Positions 40,298-51,543 of a stretch of 64,000 nucleotides of DNA are shown one piece after another (positions within the stretch are counted from its first letter, which is position 1; each line of letters opens with the position of its first letter). The DNA is taken from contig OX597830.1 in NCBI GenBank assembly GCA_951406725.2, positions 67,208,001 to 67,272,000 on the forward strand, given 5' to 3'. This stretch comes from Octopus vulgaris (taxonomy: Eukaryota). The translations under genes were made by a program, and so were the position numbers. The notes below the pieces were generated by a model. The model saw only the letters and a program-made list of their open reading frames with translations, did no database searches and was not told the origin of the DNA.

Positions 40298-40300
<3 letters not shown>
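40112..40300. repeat. Foldback of two hammerhead-like PLE terminal fragments
   Basis: ~85 bp inverted arms (TAATATGTGACAATTATT...CCACCATCTC and GAGATGGTGG...AATAATTGTCACATATTA). Confidence 0.7.
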
Positions 40301-40381
<81 letters not shown>

Positions 40382-40386
<5 letters not shown>

Positions 40387-42287
40387 TTGAGTTGTGGGGT
40401 ATCGCACGAGTGGGATTATATAAGAAAAAAGGTTTGAAAATGCAATTAAAACGATGTTTATTTACTTAACCGGTTTCACTCTTTGGTAAAAGATTGTCAA
40501 AAGTTACATTTAAGGAAACATTGAATAATATGGGTTCAAAAAAAGTTTTTTACATAATTGTCACATTGAATATTATGCATTCAAAAAGGTTTTTTACATA
40601 ATTGTCACATTGGATATTATGGGTTCAAAAAAAGTTTTTTACATAATTGTCACATTGAATATTATGCATTCAAAAAAGTTTTTTACATAATTGTCACATT
40701 GGATATTATGAATTCAAAAATGTTTTTTTATACATAATTGTCACATTATTTGGGAAAATTTGGCAGAAAAGGATAAAACAAATATATTATTGGGAATTGG
40801 TTGCGTTAATTATTGGTTGTCGCAAATTGTCACATTACATGTATATATATACAATCTTTGGTATATATATACAGCGTTTTGACAGCAAAAATTAAAATGG
40901 ATTTTTTGTCCATCTCAGAATATTTTAAGTATGTTTTTACTGACCTGTTAGTATTAGCAGAAAGGCTGAACTGAGAGAACAGAAGTAGCCAATGTGGTGT
41001 ATACTTCCCCTTTATGCATGAATGATTTTGGGGTTATCAGGAGGTTAGTATGCGGGTGTGAATAGATGTGTCCGTGCCTGCTGGTCAGACAGCGTCTGTT
41101 TGTCACACACATATATATACACACAAACACACACACACACAACAACACACACACACACACACATAGTATACAAACACAAACCACATACAGACAACACACA
41201 CACACACAGAACACACACACCCACACACAACGCACCCACATATATCACATATATACACAGCACACAAATATAACATGTATCTATATATAATATACACAGA
41301 TATATAACACACATACACACACACACACACAACACACGCACACATACATACATAATATAAATATCACACAAATACACCTAGCATATATATATACACACAT
41401 ACAATACACACATACAGCATGTAAGTAATATACATACACAATATATGCATGCAATATACATACGCAATACATACATACATATAATATATATATATATAGA
41501 CAATGCATATACATATATACACATATACATATAAATAGTGTTTACATACACATACATAGATGTACCACATATACACACAACACACATACATACAATGCAT
41601 ACACATACACGTACGCATACATATAATATATATATACACACACACACACATAACATACATGCACACACAATGCATACATATATATACACGCAATGCATAT
41701 ACATGTATTCATGCACATATAGCACACCTACAATATACATATATACAGTGCACACATACACACAAATATATACACTTAATTGTACACGTACATATACAAT
41801 ACACATACATGTATATACATGTATATATACACGCAATGCATATACATGTATTCATGCACATATAGCACACCTACAATATACATATATACAGTGCACACAT
41901 ACACACAAATATATACACTTAATTGTACACGTACATATACAATACACATACATACAATATACATATATACAATGCGCATGCAAATAATGTACATGTTTAT
42001 ACACACATAAACATGCAAATAAATATACACACACACACATACACACACACACATATATATACACATATATATATATATATATACACACATACATACATAC
42101 ATACATGCACATACATATATTTTTTCACACACATACACACACACATATATATATAAAAAATTCACCACCCCCCACACACACAAATTACAAACCTATAGCG
42201 TACACACTCAAATATATCTCTACATGCCGCACATACACACAAACAAAGTACTAACATATACACACATACCATGCATATACACACACA

Positions 42288-42330
<43 letters not shown>

Positions 42331-45300
42331 GATACATATGTAAATACATACACATGTATACAATGCTCACACACACACACACACACACATACACACACAC
42401 CCGCACACAGTGCACACACACACACACATATATACACACGTGCACACACACAAACACATACAACGCGCGCACACACACATATACACACACACGCACACAG
42501 TGCACACACACACACACACACACATATATCACCTACATATATATAATGCATGCGTGTGCATGCCACGTATGTGTGCGGTCAATGCCCGCTAGTGTGTCCT
42601 ATGCGTGCCGATGCGCGCATGTGCCCGCCCGCACGATATGCTGTGAGCGTGCGCGCGTCCCTGTGTGCTTGCTCTGGATGTGCTTCCAGGGGGTATGTTA
42701 GAGTATGTTTAGTTGTGGTCTGTATTTTTGAATAAGATTACTTTCCTTATTTATTCGTGTTTGGTCTGTGGTGTTGTCCGAGCACTGGTATAGTGGGAAG
42801 ACTAAGAATTTGGGGGACTTATTGTGTGCACAAAGGTCTAAGTGTCCACTTAGTGGTATCTGTCTTGTGGAGGGGTCCCTCAGTTGTTGTCGGTGAACTG
42901 TCATTCTGTCTCTGAGGGTAAGGCTCGTTTGCCCTATGTAGTCTTCGTGGCATCCTTCACACCTTATGACGTAGAGTAAATTTTTTGATGCGCACGTGAA
43001 GTTATTTTTTATGATGAATGTGTGTCCCGAGTGGAACTTGTACGACGATCCCTCAATGAGGTGGATGCAGGTCTTACAGTTGGGGCGACCACATTTTTTG
43101 ATGGTGGGCGGTGGGTTTGTGTTGTGTAATTTTGCGTTGGTGAGGAGGTTTTTTAGGGATTTAGGTTGTCTCTTACTTTTTATTATTTTATGAGCTGCCA
43201 GTATTTTTTTCAGGCGTGGGTCTTGATTTAGTTGTGGAATGTTGTTGTATATAATAGTGTAAGCTTCTGCATTCCTTGGGTTGTGTGTTGAGAGATAAGG
43301 GAGGCTATTGACTGTACTGTGGATGTGTTTGGGTTTTCGAAGGTCCTGAATGTTGATTGATTTGGCCCGTTCTATTCCGTTGTCTACTAGTGATGCCGGG
43401 TAATGTCTTTCGAGAAGAATTGCCCTTAGTTCCCGGAGTCTTCTATTTCGTGTTGTGTCATTTGAGACAATAGTGCAGATTCTTCTCGCTAGGTTGAAGG
43501 GGATATTTGTCTTTGTGTGTTTTGGGTGATTGGAGGTGAATAGAAGGTATTGTTTAGAGTCAGTGGGTTTGTAATGGATGTCAGTTTCAATGTTGACGCC
43601 TTTTTTAATGATTAGGATGTCAAGAAAAGGGAGTTGGTCCTGACTATATTCCATTGTGAATTGAATGTTGTTATTTACACTGTTGATAAGGTTTTTGAAG
43701 TCTATAAGTTGGTCGAGTGTGTGGGACCATAGGATGAGGCAATCATCTAAGTAGCGTTTCCAGTTCTCCAACAGGTATTTGTGGAAAGACTGGCCGTACT
43801 TATATTTGGATTTTTCATAGATATGTGATTCCAGGTAGGCCATCACCAGGTTTGCATAGGTAGGTGCAACTTTCGTACCCATTGCAGTCCCTGAGACCTG
43901 TCTGTAAGTGTTGTTGTGGAAATACATGAAGTTGTTTTGCAGAATAAATTTGAGGCCCTCAATTATGAATTCTTTTTTAATTCTTTCCGGGATCTCATTG
44001 GGATATTTATCCAGCCAGAATTTAATGGCTTCCAGTCCAAATTCATGTGGGATTGTGGTGTAAAGATTAATAACATCAAAAGAAACGATTAAGGTGTCTT
44101 TATCGGCATGTTTGGGGAGATGGTTTAATAGGTCCAGGTCATCTCTTACAATACTTGGAATGTGTTTCAGTATTGGCTTTAAGATGATATCTATAAAGTT
44201 GCTAAGTCTGTGTGTTTCACAACTTGGGCCTGCCACTATTGGTCTCAGTTTGAGATCAGTGGGATGTGGTATAGTGATGCAGGTTGAAGTGGACTTTTTG
44301 CAAGCTTCTGTGATAATTTGACTCTTGTGTATTTTTGGAAGGCCATAGAGTGTGCTGGTTTTGCAATTAAATTTAGTAATGTAGTCGCATTCCTTTGCTG
44401 TCAAGTCATTCCGGTGTTGGTAAATGAGTGCCTTCAGATTGGTCATTGTTTTGGATTGCTGGTAGTCGACTACTCTTTCGTAGTATGTGGTATCCTCTAA
44501 AAGGAGAGATACAGAGTTTTTATATTGCTCAGTATTCATAACAACGACCGTACTACCCTTATCAGCTTCCTTTATTGTGACGTCATGATTGTCTCGTAGT
44601 GTATGGATGATTTCCCATTCTCTTTTACTGGTGTTGGGTTTGAGTTTAGGTTGTGGGAGTTCACCATAAGGGAAGTTGGAGATGTAATCGCAGAATTTGT
44701 CTAAGGTTTTGTTTTTGCCTTTTATGGGATTATAGTTGCTTTTGTTACAGACCATTGATTCGTCGTTATTATTAGTTTTTCTGTCAAAAAATTCCTCTGT
44801 GAGGCGTAATTTTCTGCAAAAGTGCGAGATGTCATCCTGTATTTCCCTCAGGTTAGGGTATTGCGGAGTTGGGGTGAATTTCAGTCCTCTTGAAAGGATT
44901 TTTATTTGTGGTGTCGACAGGTTTAGGTTAGAAAGATTCACTATTTTTGGTTTTTCGGGGTTGGTATCTACCATCTGGTGTCGTGGAAACTGATGCCCTT
45001 GCCTAAAAAAGGAATCCTGGGGGTTCTTCTATTTGCGGTATTTTGCTGTATGTGATTCTGTCCCCCGTTGACATGTCTGTTGAAGAGGTTTTGGTTGTTG
45101 TGATTCTGTCCCCCGTTGCTATGTTGTCTGTTGAGGAGGTCTTGGTTGTTCCAGGGTCTGGGTTGTTGGTGTGGCCTCCTGGAAGAGTTTTGGTTATTCC
45201 AGGGTTTGGGTTGTTTGTCCTGGGTGTAATGTTGGTTCCTTAGAGTGGGTTGGAAACTATATTCATGGTTTAGGAGTGAATTCCTATATGTTGGGGGAGA

Positions 45301-45517
45301 ACTCTGAGTTAGGAGCGGTTTGGGTTGGAATCTACAATCATAGTTCAGAGATGGGTTTCTAAGTGATGGGTAGGATCTCCGAATCTGGAACGGTTCTTGT
45401 GTGGGTTGGGGTCTACGTTGTCTGGTAAAGTTTTGTCGTGTGATGATGGGTGTCTCGGTTCTTTTGATGGGATTGTAGTGCTGTCTGTAAGTTCTGTTGT
45501 TGTTGTTGTCGATGTTA
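40382..45517 (-). mobile_element. Penelope-like element, inverted 5'-truncated copy
   Basis: Near-identical reverse complement of 48725-53820 plus the short tail seen at 47864-47897; outer end abuts (TA)n. Confidence 0.95.
42698..44974 (-). CDS. PLE reverse transcriptase plus GIY-YIG endonuclease, intact 758 aa (Naiad/Neptune-type)
   Basis: NLS...LSRGLKFTPTP, ADKG, YGLPKIHK, RPIVAGP, SFDVINLYT, GTAMG, RYLDD, LPFLD, CGRPNCKTC linker, LLYVIRCEGCHEDYIGQT. Confidence 0.95.
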   Translation of the reverse strand: MVDTNPEKPKIVNLSNLNLSTPQIKILSRGLKFTPTPQYPNLREIQDDISHFCRKLRLTEEFFDRKTNNNDESMVCNKSNYNPIKGKNKTLDKFCDYISNFPYGELPQPKLKPNTSKREWEIIHTLRDNHDVTIKEADKGSTVVVMNTEQYKNSVSLLLEDTTYYERVVDYQQSKTMTNLKALIYQHRNDLTAKECDYITKFNCKTSTLYGLPKIHKSQIITEACKKSTSTCITIPHPTDLKLRPIVAGPSCETHRLSNFIDIILKPILKHIPSIVRDDLDLLNHLPKHADKDTLIVSFDVINLYTTIPHEFGLEAIKFWLDKYPNEIPERIKKEFIIEGLKFILQNNFMYFHNNTYRQVSGTAMGTKVAPTYANLVMAYLESHIYEKSKYKYGQSFHKYLLENWKRYLDDCLILWSHTLDQLIDFKNLINSVNNNIQFTMEYSQDQLPFLDILIIKKGVNIETDIHYKPTDSKQYLLFTSNHPKHTKTNIPFNLARRICTIVSNDTTRNRRLRELRAILLERHYPASLVDNGIERAKSINIQDLRKPKHIHSTVNSLPYLSTHNPRNAEAYTIIYNNIPQLNQDPRLKKILAAHKIIKSKRQPKSLKNLLTNAKLHNTNPPPTIKKCGRPNCKTCIHLIEGSSYKFHSGHTFIIKNNFTCASKNLLYVIRCEGCHEDYIGQTSLTLRDRMTVHRQQLRDPSTRQIPLSGHLDLCAHNKSPKFLVFPLYQCSDNTTDQTRINKESNLIQKYRPQLNIL

Positions 45518-45951
45518 TAAATAAGGAATAAATAAGGAAAGTAATCTTATTCAAAAATACAGACCACAACTAAACATACTCTAACATACCCCCTGGAAGC
45601 ACATCCAGAGCAAGCACACAGGGACGCGCGCACGCTCACAGCATATCGTGCGGGCGGGCACATGCGCGCATCGGCACGCATAGGACACACTAGCGGGCAT
45701 TGACCGCACACATACGTGGCATGCACACGCATGCATTATATATATGTAGGTGATATATGTGTGTGTGTGTGTGTGTGTGCACTGTGTGCGTGTGTGTGTA
45801 TATGTGTGTGTGCGCGCGTTGTATGTGTTTGTGTGTGTGCACGTGTGTATATATGTGTGTGTGTGTGTGCACTGTGTGCGGGTGTGTGTGTATGTGTGTG
45901 TGTGTGTGTGTGTGAGCATTGTATACATGTGTATGTATTTACATATGTATC

Positions 45952-45998
<47 letters not shown>

Positions 45999-47532
45999 TG
46001 TGTGTGTATATGCATGGTATGTGTGTATATGTTAGTACTTTGTTTGTGTGTATGTGCGGCATGTAGAGATATATTTGAGTGTGTACGCTATAGGTTTGTA
46101 ATTTGTGTGTGTGGGGGGTGGTGAATTTTTTATATATATATGTGTGTGTGTATGTGTGTGAAAAAATATATGTATGTGCATGTATGTATGTATGTATGTG
46201 TGTATATATATATATATATGTGTATATATATGTGTGTGTGTGTATGTGTGTGTGTGTATATTTATTTGCATGTTTATGTGTGTATAAACATGTACATTAT
46301 TTGCATGCGCATTGTATATATGTATATTGTATGTATGTGTATTGTATATGTACGTGTACAATTAAGTGTATATATTTGTGTGTATGTGTGCACTGTATAT
46401 ATGTATATTGTAGGTGTGCTATATGTGCATGAATACATGTATATGCATTGCGTGTATATATACATGTATATACATGTATGTGTATTGTATATGTACGTGT
46501 ACAATTAAGTGTATATATTTGTGTGTATGTGTGCACTGTATATATGTATATTGTAGGTGTGCTATATGTGCATGAATACATGTATATGCATTGCGTGTAT
46601 ATATATGTATGCATTGTGTGTGCATGTATGTTATGTGTGTGTGTGTGTATATATATATTATATGTATGCGTACGTGTATGTGTATGCATTGTATGTATGT
46701 GTGTTGTGTGTATATGTGGTACATCTATGTATGTGTATGTAAACACTATTTATATGTATATGTGTATATATGTATATGCATTGTCTATATATATATATAT
46801 TGTATGTATGTATTGCGTATGTATATTGCATGCATATATTGTGTATGTATATTACTTACATGCTGTATGTGTGTATTGTATGTGTGTATATATATATGCT
46901 AGGTGTATTTGTGTGATATTTATATTATGTATGTATGTGTGCGTGTGTTGTGTGTGTGTGTGTGTATGTGTGTTATATATCTGTGTATATTATATATAGA
47001 TACATGTTATATTTGTGTGCTGTGTATATATGTGATATATGTGGGTGCGTTGTGTGTGGGTGTGTGTGTTCTGTGTGTGTGTGTGTTGTCTGTATGTGGT
47101 TTGTGTTTGTATACTATGTGTGTGTGTGTGTGTGTTGTTGTGTGTGTGTGTGTTTGTGTGTATATATATGTGTGTGACAAACAGACGCTGTCTGACCAGC
47201 AGGCACGGACACATCTATTCACACCCGCATACTAACCTCCTGATAACCCCAAAATCATTCATGCATAAAGGGGAAGTATACACCACATTGGCTACTTCTG
47301 TTCTCTCAGTTCAGCCTTTCTGCTAATACTAACAGGTCAGTAAAAACATACTTAAAATATTCTGAGATGGACAAAAAATCCATTTTAATTTTTGCTGTCA
47401 AAACGCTGTATATATATACCAAAGATTGTATATATATACATGTAATGTGACAATTTGCGACAACCAATAATTAACGCAACCAATTCCCAATAATATATTT
47501 GTTTTATCCTTTTCTGCCAAATTTTCCCAAAT

Positions 47533-47760
47533 AATGTGACAATTATGTATAAAAAAACATTTTTGAATTCATAATATCCAATGTGACAATTATGTAAAAA
47601 ACTTTTTTGAATGCATAATATTCAATGTGACAATTATGTAAAAAACTTTTTTTGAACCCATAATATCCAATGTGACAATTATGTAAAAAACCTTTTTGAA
47701 TGCATAATATTCAATGTGACAATTATGTAAAAAACTTTTTTTGAACCCATATTATTCAAT
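47533..47760 (+). repeat. 44-47 bp tandem array (~5 units) in the pLTR
   Basis: AATGTGACAATTATGTA starts at 47533, 47580, 47624, 47669, 47713; also present in the other two pLTR copies. Confidence 0.9.
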
Positions 47761-47775
47761 GTTTCCTTAAATGTA

Positions 47776-47816
47776 ACTTTTGACAATCTTTTACCAAAGA
47801 GTGAAACCGGTTAAGT
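47776..47816 (+). ncRNA. Variant hammerhead-like motif in the pLTR; copies at 53734-53774 (+) and 40464-40504 (-)
   Basis: ACTT-TTGACAA-TCTTT/TACC/AAAGA-GT-GAAA-CCGG-TT-AAGT; non-canonical core and imperfect stem II junction. Confidence 0.45.
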
Positions 47817-47931
47817 AAATAAACATCGTTTTAATTGCATTTTCAAACCTTTTTTCTTATATAATCCCACTCGTGCGATACCCCACAACTCAACTTTTTT
47901 ATATATATAAAACATCACACGAGTCCCGAAA

Positions 47932-49274
47932 ATGCCACCCAAATCACAACAAGCAGAATCTTTAATGAACCAAAATATCCTAAAAGAATTACAAGAAATC
48001 TCCTCGAAACTTTCAACCATAATAAACAAAGTCGAACAATCGCACTTATACCTAAATGGACTCATGGAGGCCAAAACAACCAATCAAATCCCTGACATCA
48101 TCCCAACACTGCAAAACCTAATGAAATCCATAGAGACGGCAGTGCTCCCAAAGCAGGAGCAAACTAAAGACTGCTTCTCAATTAAAAGCTCTCTTAACAA
48201 CACCTGGAGTAAAAATCTCAAAGCGCGTAAGTTTGCCTTCTGGAATTTCATAAAAAATAACAACAAAGCTGACATTTATGAAAAGTGGCTCAACTCCACC
48301 CCTATCATCCTACCCAGAAAACTACAAATAAAACCCATCCAAAATGAACCAGAAAACCAAAAAACCTCAGGGAGAAACTAGCTTTTGAAAAATTCAAAAC
48401 GGAAGTAGAACTCTTGCGGCTCAGAGCCAACACCAGTGAAGAAAAATCCAAGACCCTTGACAATGAAATGCAGATTGAAATCTCAAAACACTGTGAAGGA
48501 GCACTCCTTGATGAAACCACCAAACTCTGGAGAAAAAACTGCGAGGATGAAGAAATAACATCCCTCCAGCGAATGGAAAAAAACAGCTGGTTCACCAATT
48601 ATGAAACAGAGTTCACAAAGGAACACCTTTCAAGCAACCCATATTTTAAGATATCTACTTCAACTCACACCCCTCGCCAAAAACAAAGAAAACCAACCAC
48701 AAAACACCGAACACACACCACCCCTAACATCGACAACAACAACAACAGAACTTACAGACAGCACTACAATCCCATCAAAAGAACCGAGACACCCATCATC
48801 ACACGACAAAACTTTACCAGACAACGTAGACCCCAACCCACACAAGAACCGTTCCAGATTCGGAGATCCTACCCATCACTTAGAAACCCATCTCTGAACT
48901 ATGATTGTAGATTCCAACCCAAACCGCTCCTAACTCAGAGTTCTCCCCCAACATATAGGAATTCACTCCTAAACCATGAATATAGTTTCCAACCCACTCT
49001 AAGGAACCAACATTACACCCAGGACAAACAACCCAAACCCTGGAATAACCAAAACTCTTCCAGGAGGCCACACCAACAACCCAGACCCTGGAACAACCAA
49101 AACCTCCTCAACAGACAACATAGCAACGGGGGACAGAATCACAACAACCAAAACCTCTTCAACAGACATGTCAACGGGGGACAGAATCACATACAGCAAA
49201 ATACCGCAAATAGAAGAACCCCCAGGATTCCTTTTTTAGGCAAGGGCATCAGTTTCCACGACACCAGATGGTAG
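47932..49274 (+). CDS. PLE ORF1 (~447 aa if a 1-nt homopolymer frameshift near 48360 is corrected); helical/coiled-coil-like N-terminus, N/Q/R/P-rich repetitive C-terminus
   Basis: ORFs 47932-48381 and 48414-49274 join if one A is added to the A6 run (ENQKNLREKLAFEKFKTEVELLRLRA); peptide repeats QPxPWNNQN and NGGQNH. Confidence 0.7.
49232..49238 (+). promoter_or_regulatory. Candidate -1 ribosomal frameshift slippery site T TTT TTA; copy at 45004-45010 (-)
   Basis: In frame with ORF1 (CCT TTT TTA GGC AAG); the -1 frame is open from 49214 into the RT ORF. Confidence 0.65.
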
Positions 49275-51543
49275 ATACCAACCCCGAAAAACCAAAAATA
49301 GTGAATCTTTCTAACCTAAACCTGTCGACACCACAAATAAAAATCCTTTCAAGAGGACTGAAATTCACCCCAACTCCGCAATACCCTAACCTGAGGGAAA
49401 TACAGGATGACATCTCGCACTTTTGCAGAAAATTACGCCTCACAGAGGAATTTTTTGACAGAAAAACTAATAATAACGACGAATCAATGGTCTGTAACAA
49501 AAGCAACTATAATCCCATAAAAGGCAAAAACAAAACCTTAGACAAATTCTGCGATTACATCTCCAACTTCCCTTATGGTGAACTCCCACAACCTAAACTC
49601 AAACCCAACACCAGTAAAAGAGAATGGGAAATCATCCATACACTACGAGACAATCATGACGTCACAATAAAGGAAGCTGATAAGGGTAGTACGGTCGTTG
49701 TTATGAATACTGAGCAATATAAAAACTCTGTATCTCTCCTTTTAGAGGATACCACATACTACGAAAGAGTAGTCGACTACCAGCAATCCAAAACAATGAC
49801 CAATCTGAAGGCACTCATTTACCAACACCGGAATGACTTGACAGCAAAGGAATGCGACTACATTACTAAATTTAATTGCAAAACCAGCACACTCTATGGC
49901 CTTCCAAAAATACACAAGAGTCAAATTATCACAGAAGCTTGCAAAAAGTCCACTTCAACCTGCATCACTATACCACATCCCACTGATCTCAAACTGAGAC
50001 CAATAGTGGCAGGCCCAAGTTGTGAAACACACAGACTTAGCAACTTTATAGATATCATCTTAAAGCCAATACTGAAACACATTCCAAGTATTGTAAGAGA
50101 TGACCTGGACCTATTAAACCATCTCCCCAAACATGCCGATAAAGACACCTTAATCGTTTCTTTTGATGTTATTAATCTTTACACCACAATCCCACATGAA
50201 TTTGGACTGGAAGCCATTAAATTCTGGCTGGATAAATATCCCAATGAGATCCCGGAAAGAATTAAAAAGAATTCATAATTGAGGGCCTCAAATTTATTCT
50301 GCAAAACAACTTCATGTATTTCCACAACAACACTTACAGACAGGTCTCAGGGACTGCAATGGGTACGAAAGTTGCACCTACCTATGCAAACCTGGTGATG
50401 GCCTACCTGGAATCACATATCTATGAAAAATCCAAATATAAGTACGGCCAGTCTTTCCACAAATACCTGTTGGAGAACTGGAAACGCTACTTAGATGATT
50501 GCCTCATCCTATGGTCCCACACACTCGACCAACTTATAGACTTCAAAAACCTTATCAACAGTGTAAATAACAACATTCAATTCACAATGGAATATAGTCA
50601 GGACCAACTCCCTTTTCTTGACATCCTAATCATTAAAAAAGGCGTCAACATTGAAACTGACATCCATTACAAACCCACTGACTCTAAACAATACCTTCTA
50701 TTCACCTCCAATCACCCAAAACACACAAAGACAAATATCCCCTTCAACCTAGCGAGAAGAATCTGCACTATTGTCTCAAATGACACAACACGAAATAGAA
50801 GACTCCGGGAACTAAGGGCAATTCTTCTCGAAAGACATTACCCGGCATCACTAGTAGACAACGGAATAGAACGGGCCAAATCAATCAACATTCAGGACCT
50901 TCGAAAACCCAAACACATCCACAGTACAGTCAATAGCCTCCCTTATCTCTCAACACACAACCCAAGGAATGCAGAAGCTTACACTATTATATACAACAAC
51001 ATTCCACAACTAAATCAAGACCCACGCCTGAAAAAAATACTGGCAGCTCATAAAATAATAAAAAGTAAGAGACAACCTAAATCCCTAAAAAACCTCCTCA
51101 CCAACGCAAAATTACACAACACAAACCCACCGCCCACCATCAAAAAATGTGGTCGCCCCAACTGTAAGACCTGCATCCACCTCATTGAGGGATCGTCGTA
51201 CAAGTTCCACTCGGGACACACATTCATCATAAAAAATAACTTCACGTGCGCATCAAAAAATTTACTCTACGTCATAAGGTGTGAAGGATGCCACGAAGAC
51301 TACATAGGGCAAACGAGCCTTACCCTCAGAGACAGAATGACAGTTCACCGACAACAACTGAGGGACCCCTCCACAAGACAGATACCACTAAGTGGACACT
51401 TAGACCTTTGTGCACACAATAAGTCCCCCAAATTCTTAGTCTTCCCACTATACCAGTGCTCGGACAACACCACAGACCAAACACGAATAAATAAGGAAAG
51501 TAATCTTATTCAAAAATACAGACCACAACTAAACATACTCTAA
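49268..51543 (+). CDS. PLE RT plus GIY-YIG ORF, second copy, split by a 1-nt deletion at ~50264-50268
   Basis: Same protein as 42698-44974 except A5 instead of A6 in ATTAAAAA(A)GAA; either a real mutation or a homopolymer error. Confidence 0.9.

Larger units (their letters stand above)
45528..47897 (+). repeat. PLE upstream pseudo-LTR, with ~35 nt tail
   Basis: Direct repeat of 51487-53822 (period ~5.96 kb) and inverted repeat of 40382-42750. Confidence 0.93.

Noticed and set aside
41045-42701. Many ORFs rich in C/V/Y/I/H/T, here and throughout the window
   Set aside because: Translations of TG/TA/CA microsatellites, not proteins
48359-48364. Programmed frameshift inside ORF1
   Set aside because: CAA AAA ACC is not a phased X XXY YYZ site; a homopolymer deletion is simpler, as at 50264-50268 where the second copy shows the intact state
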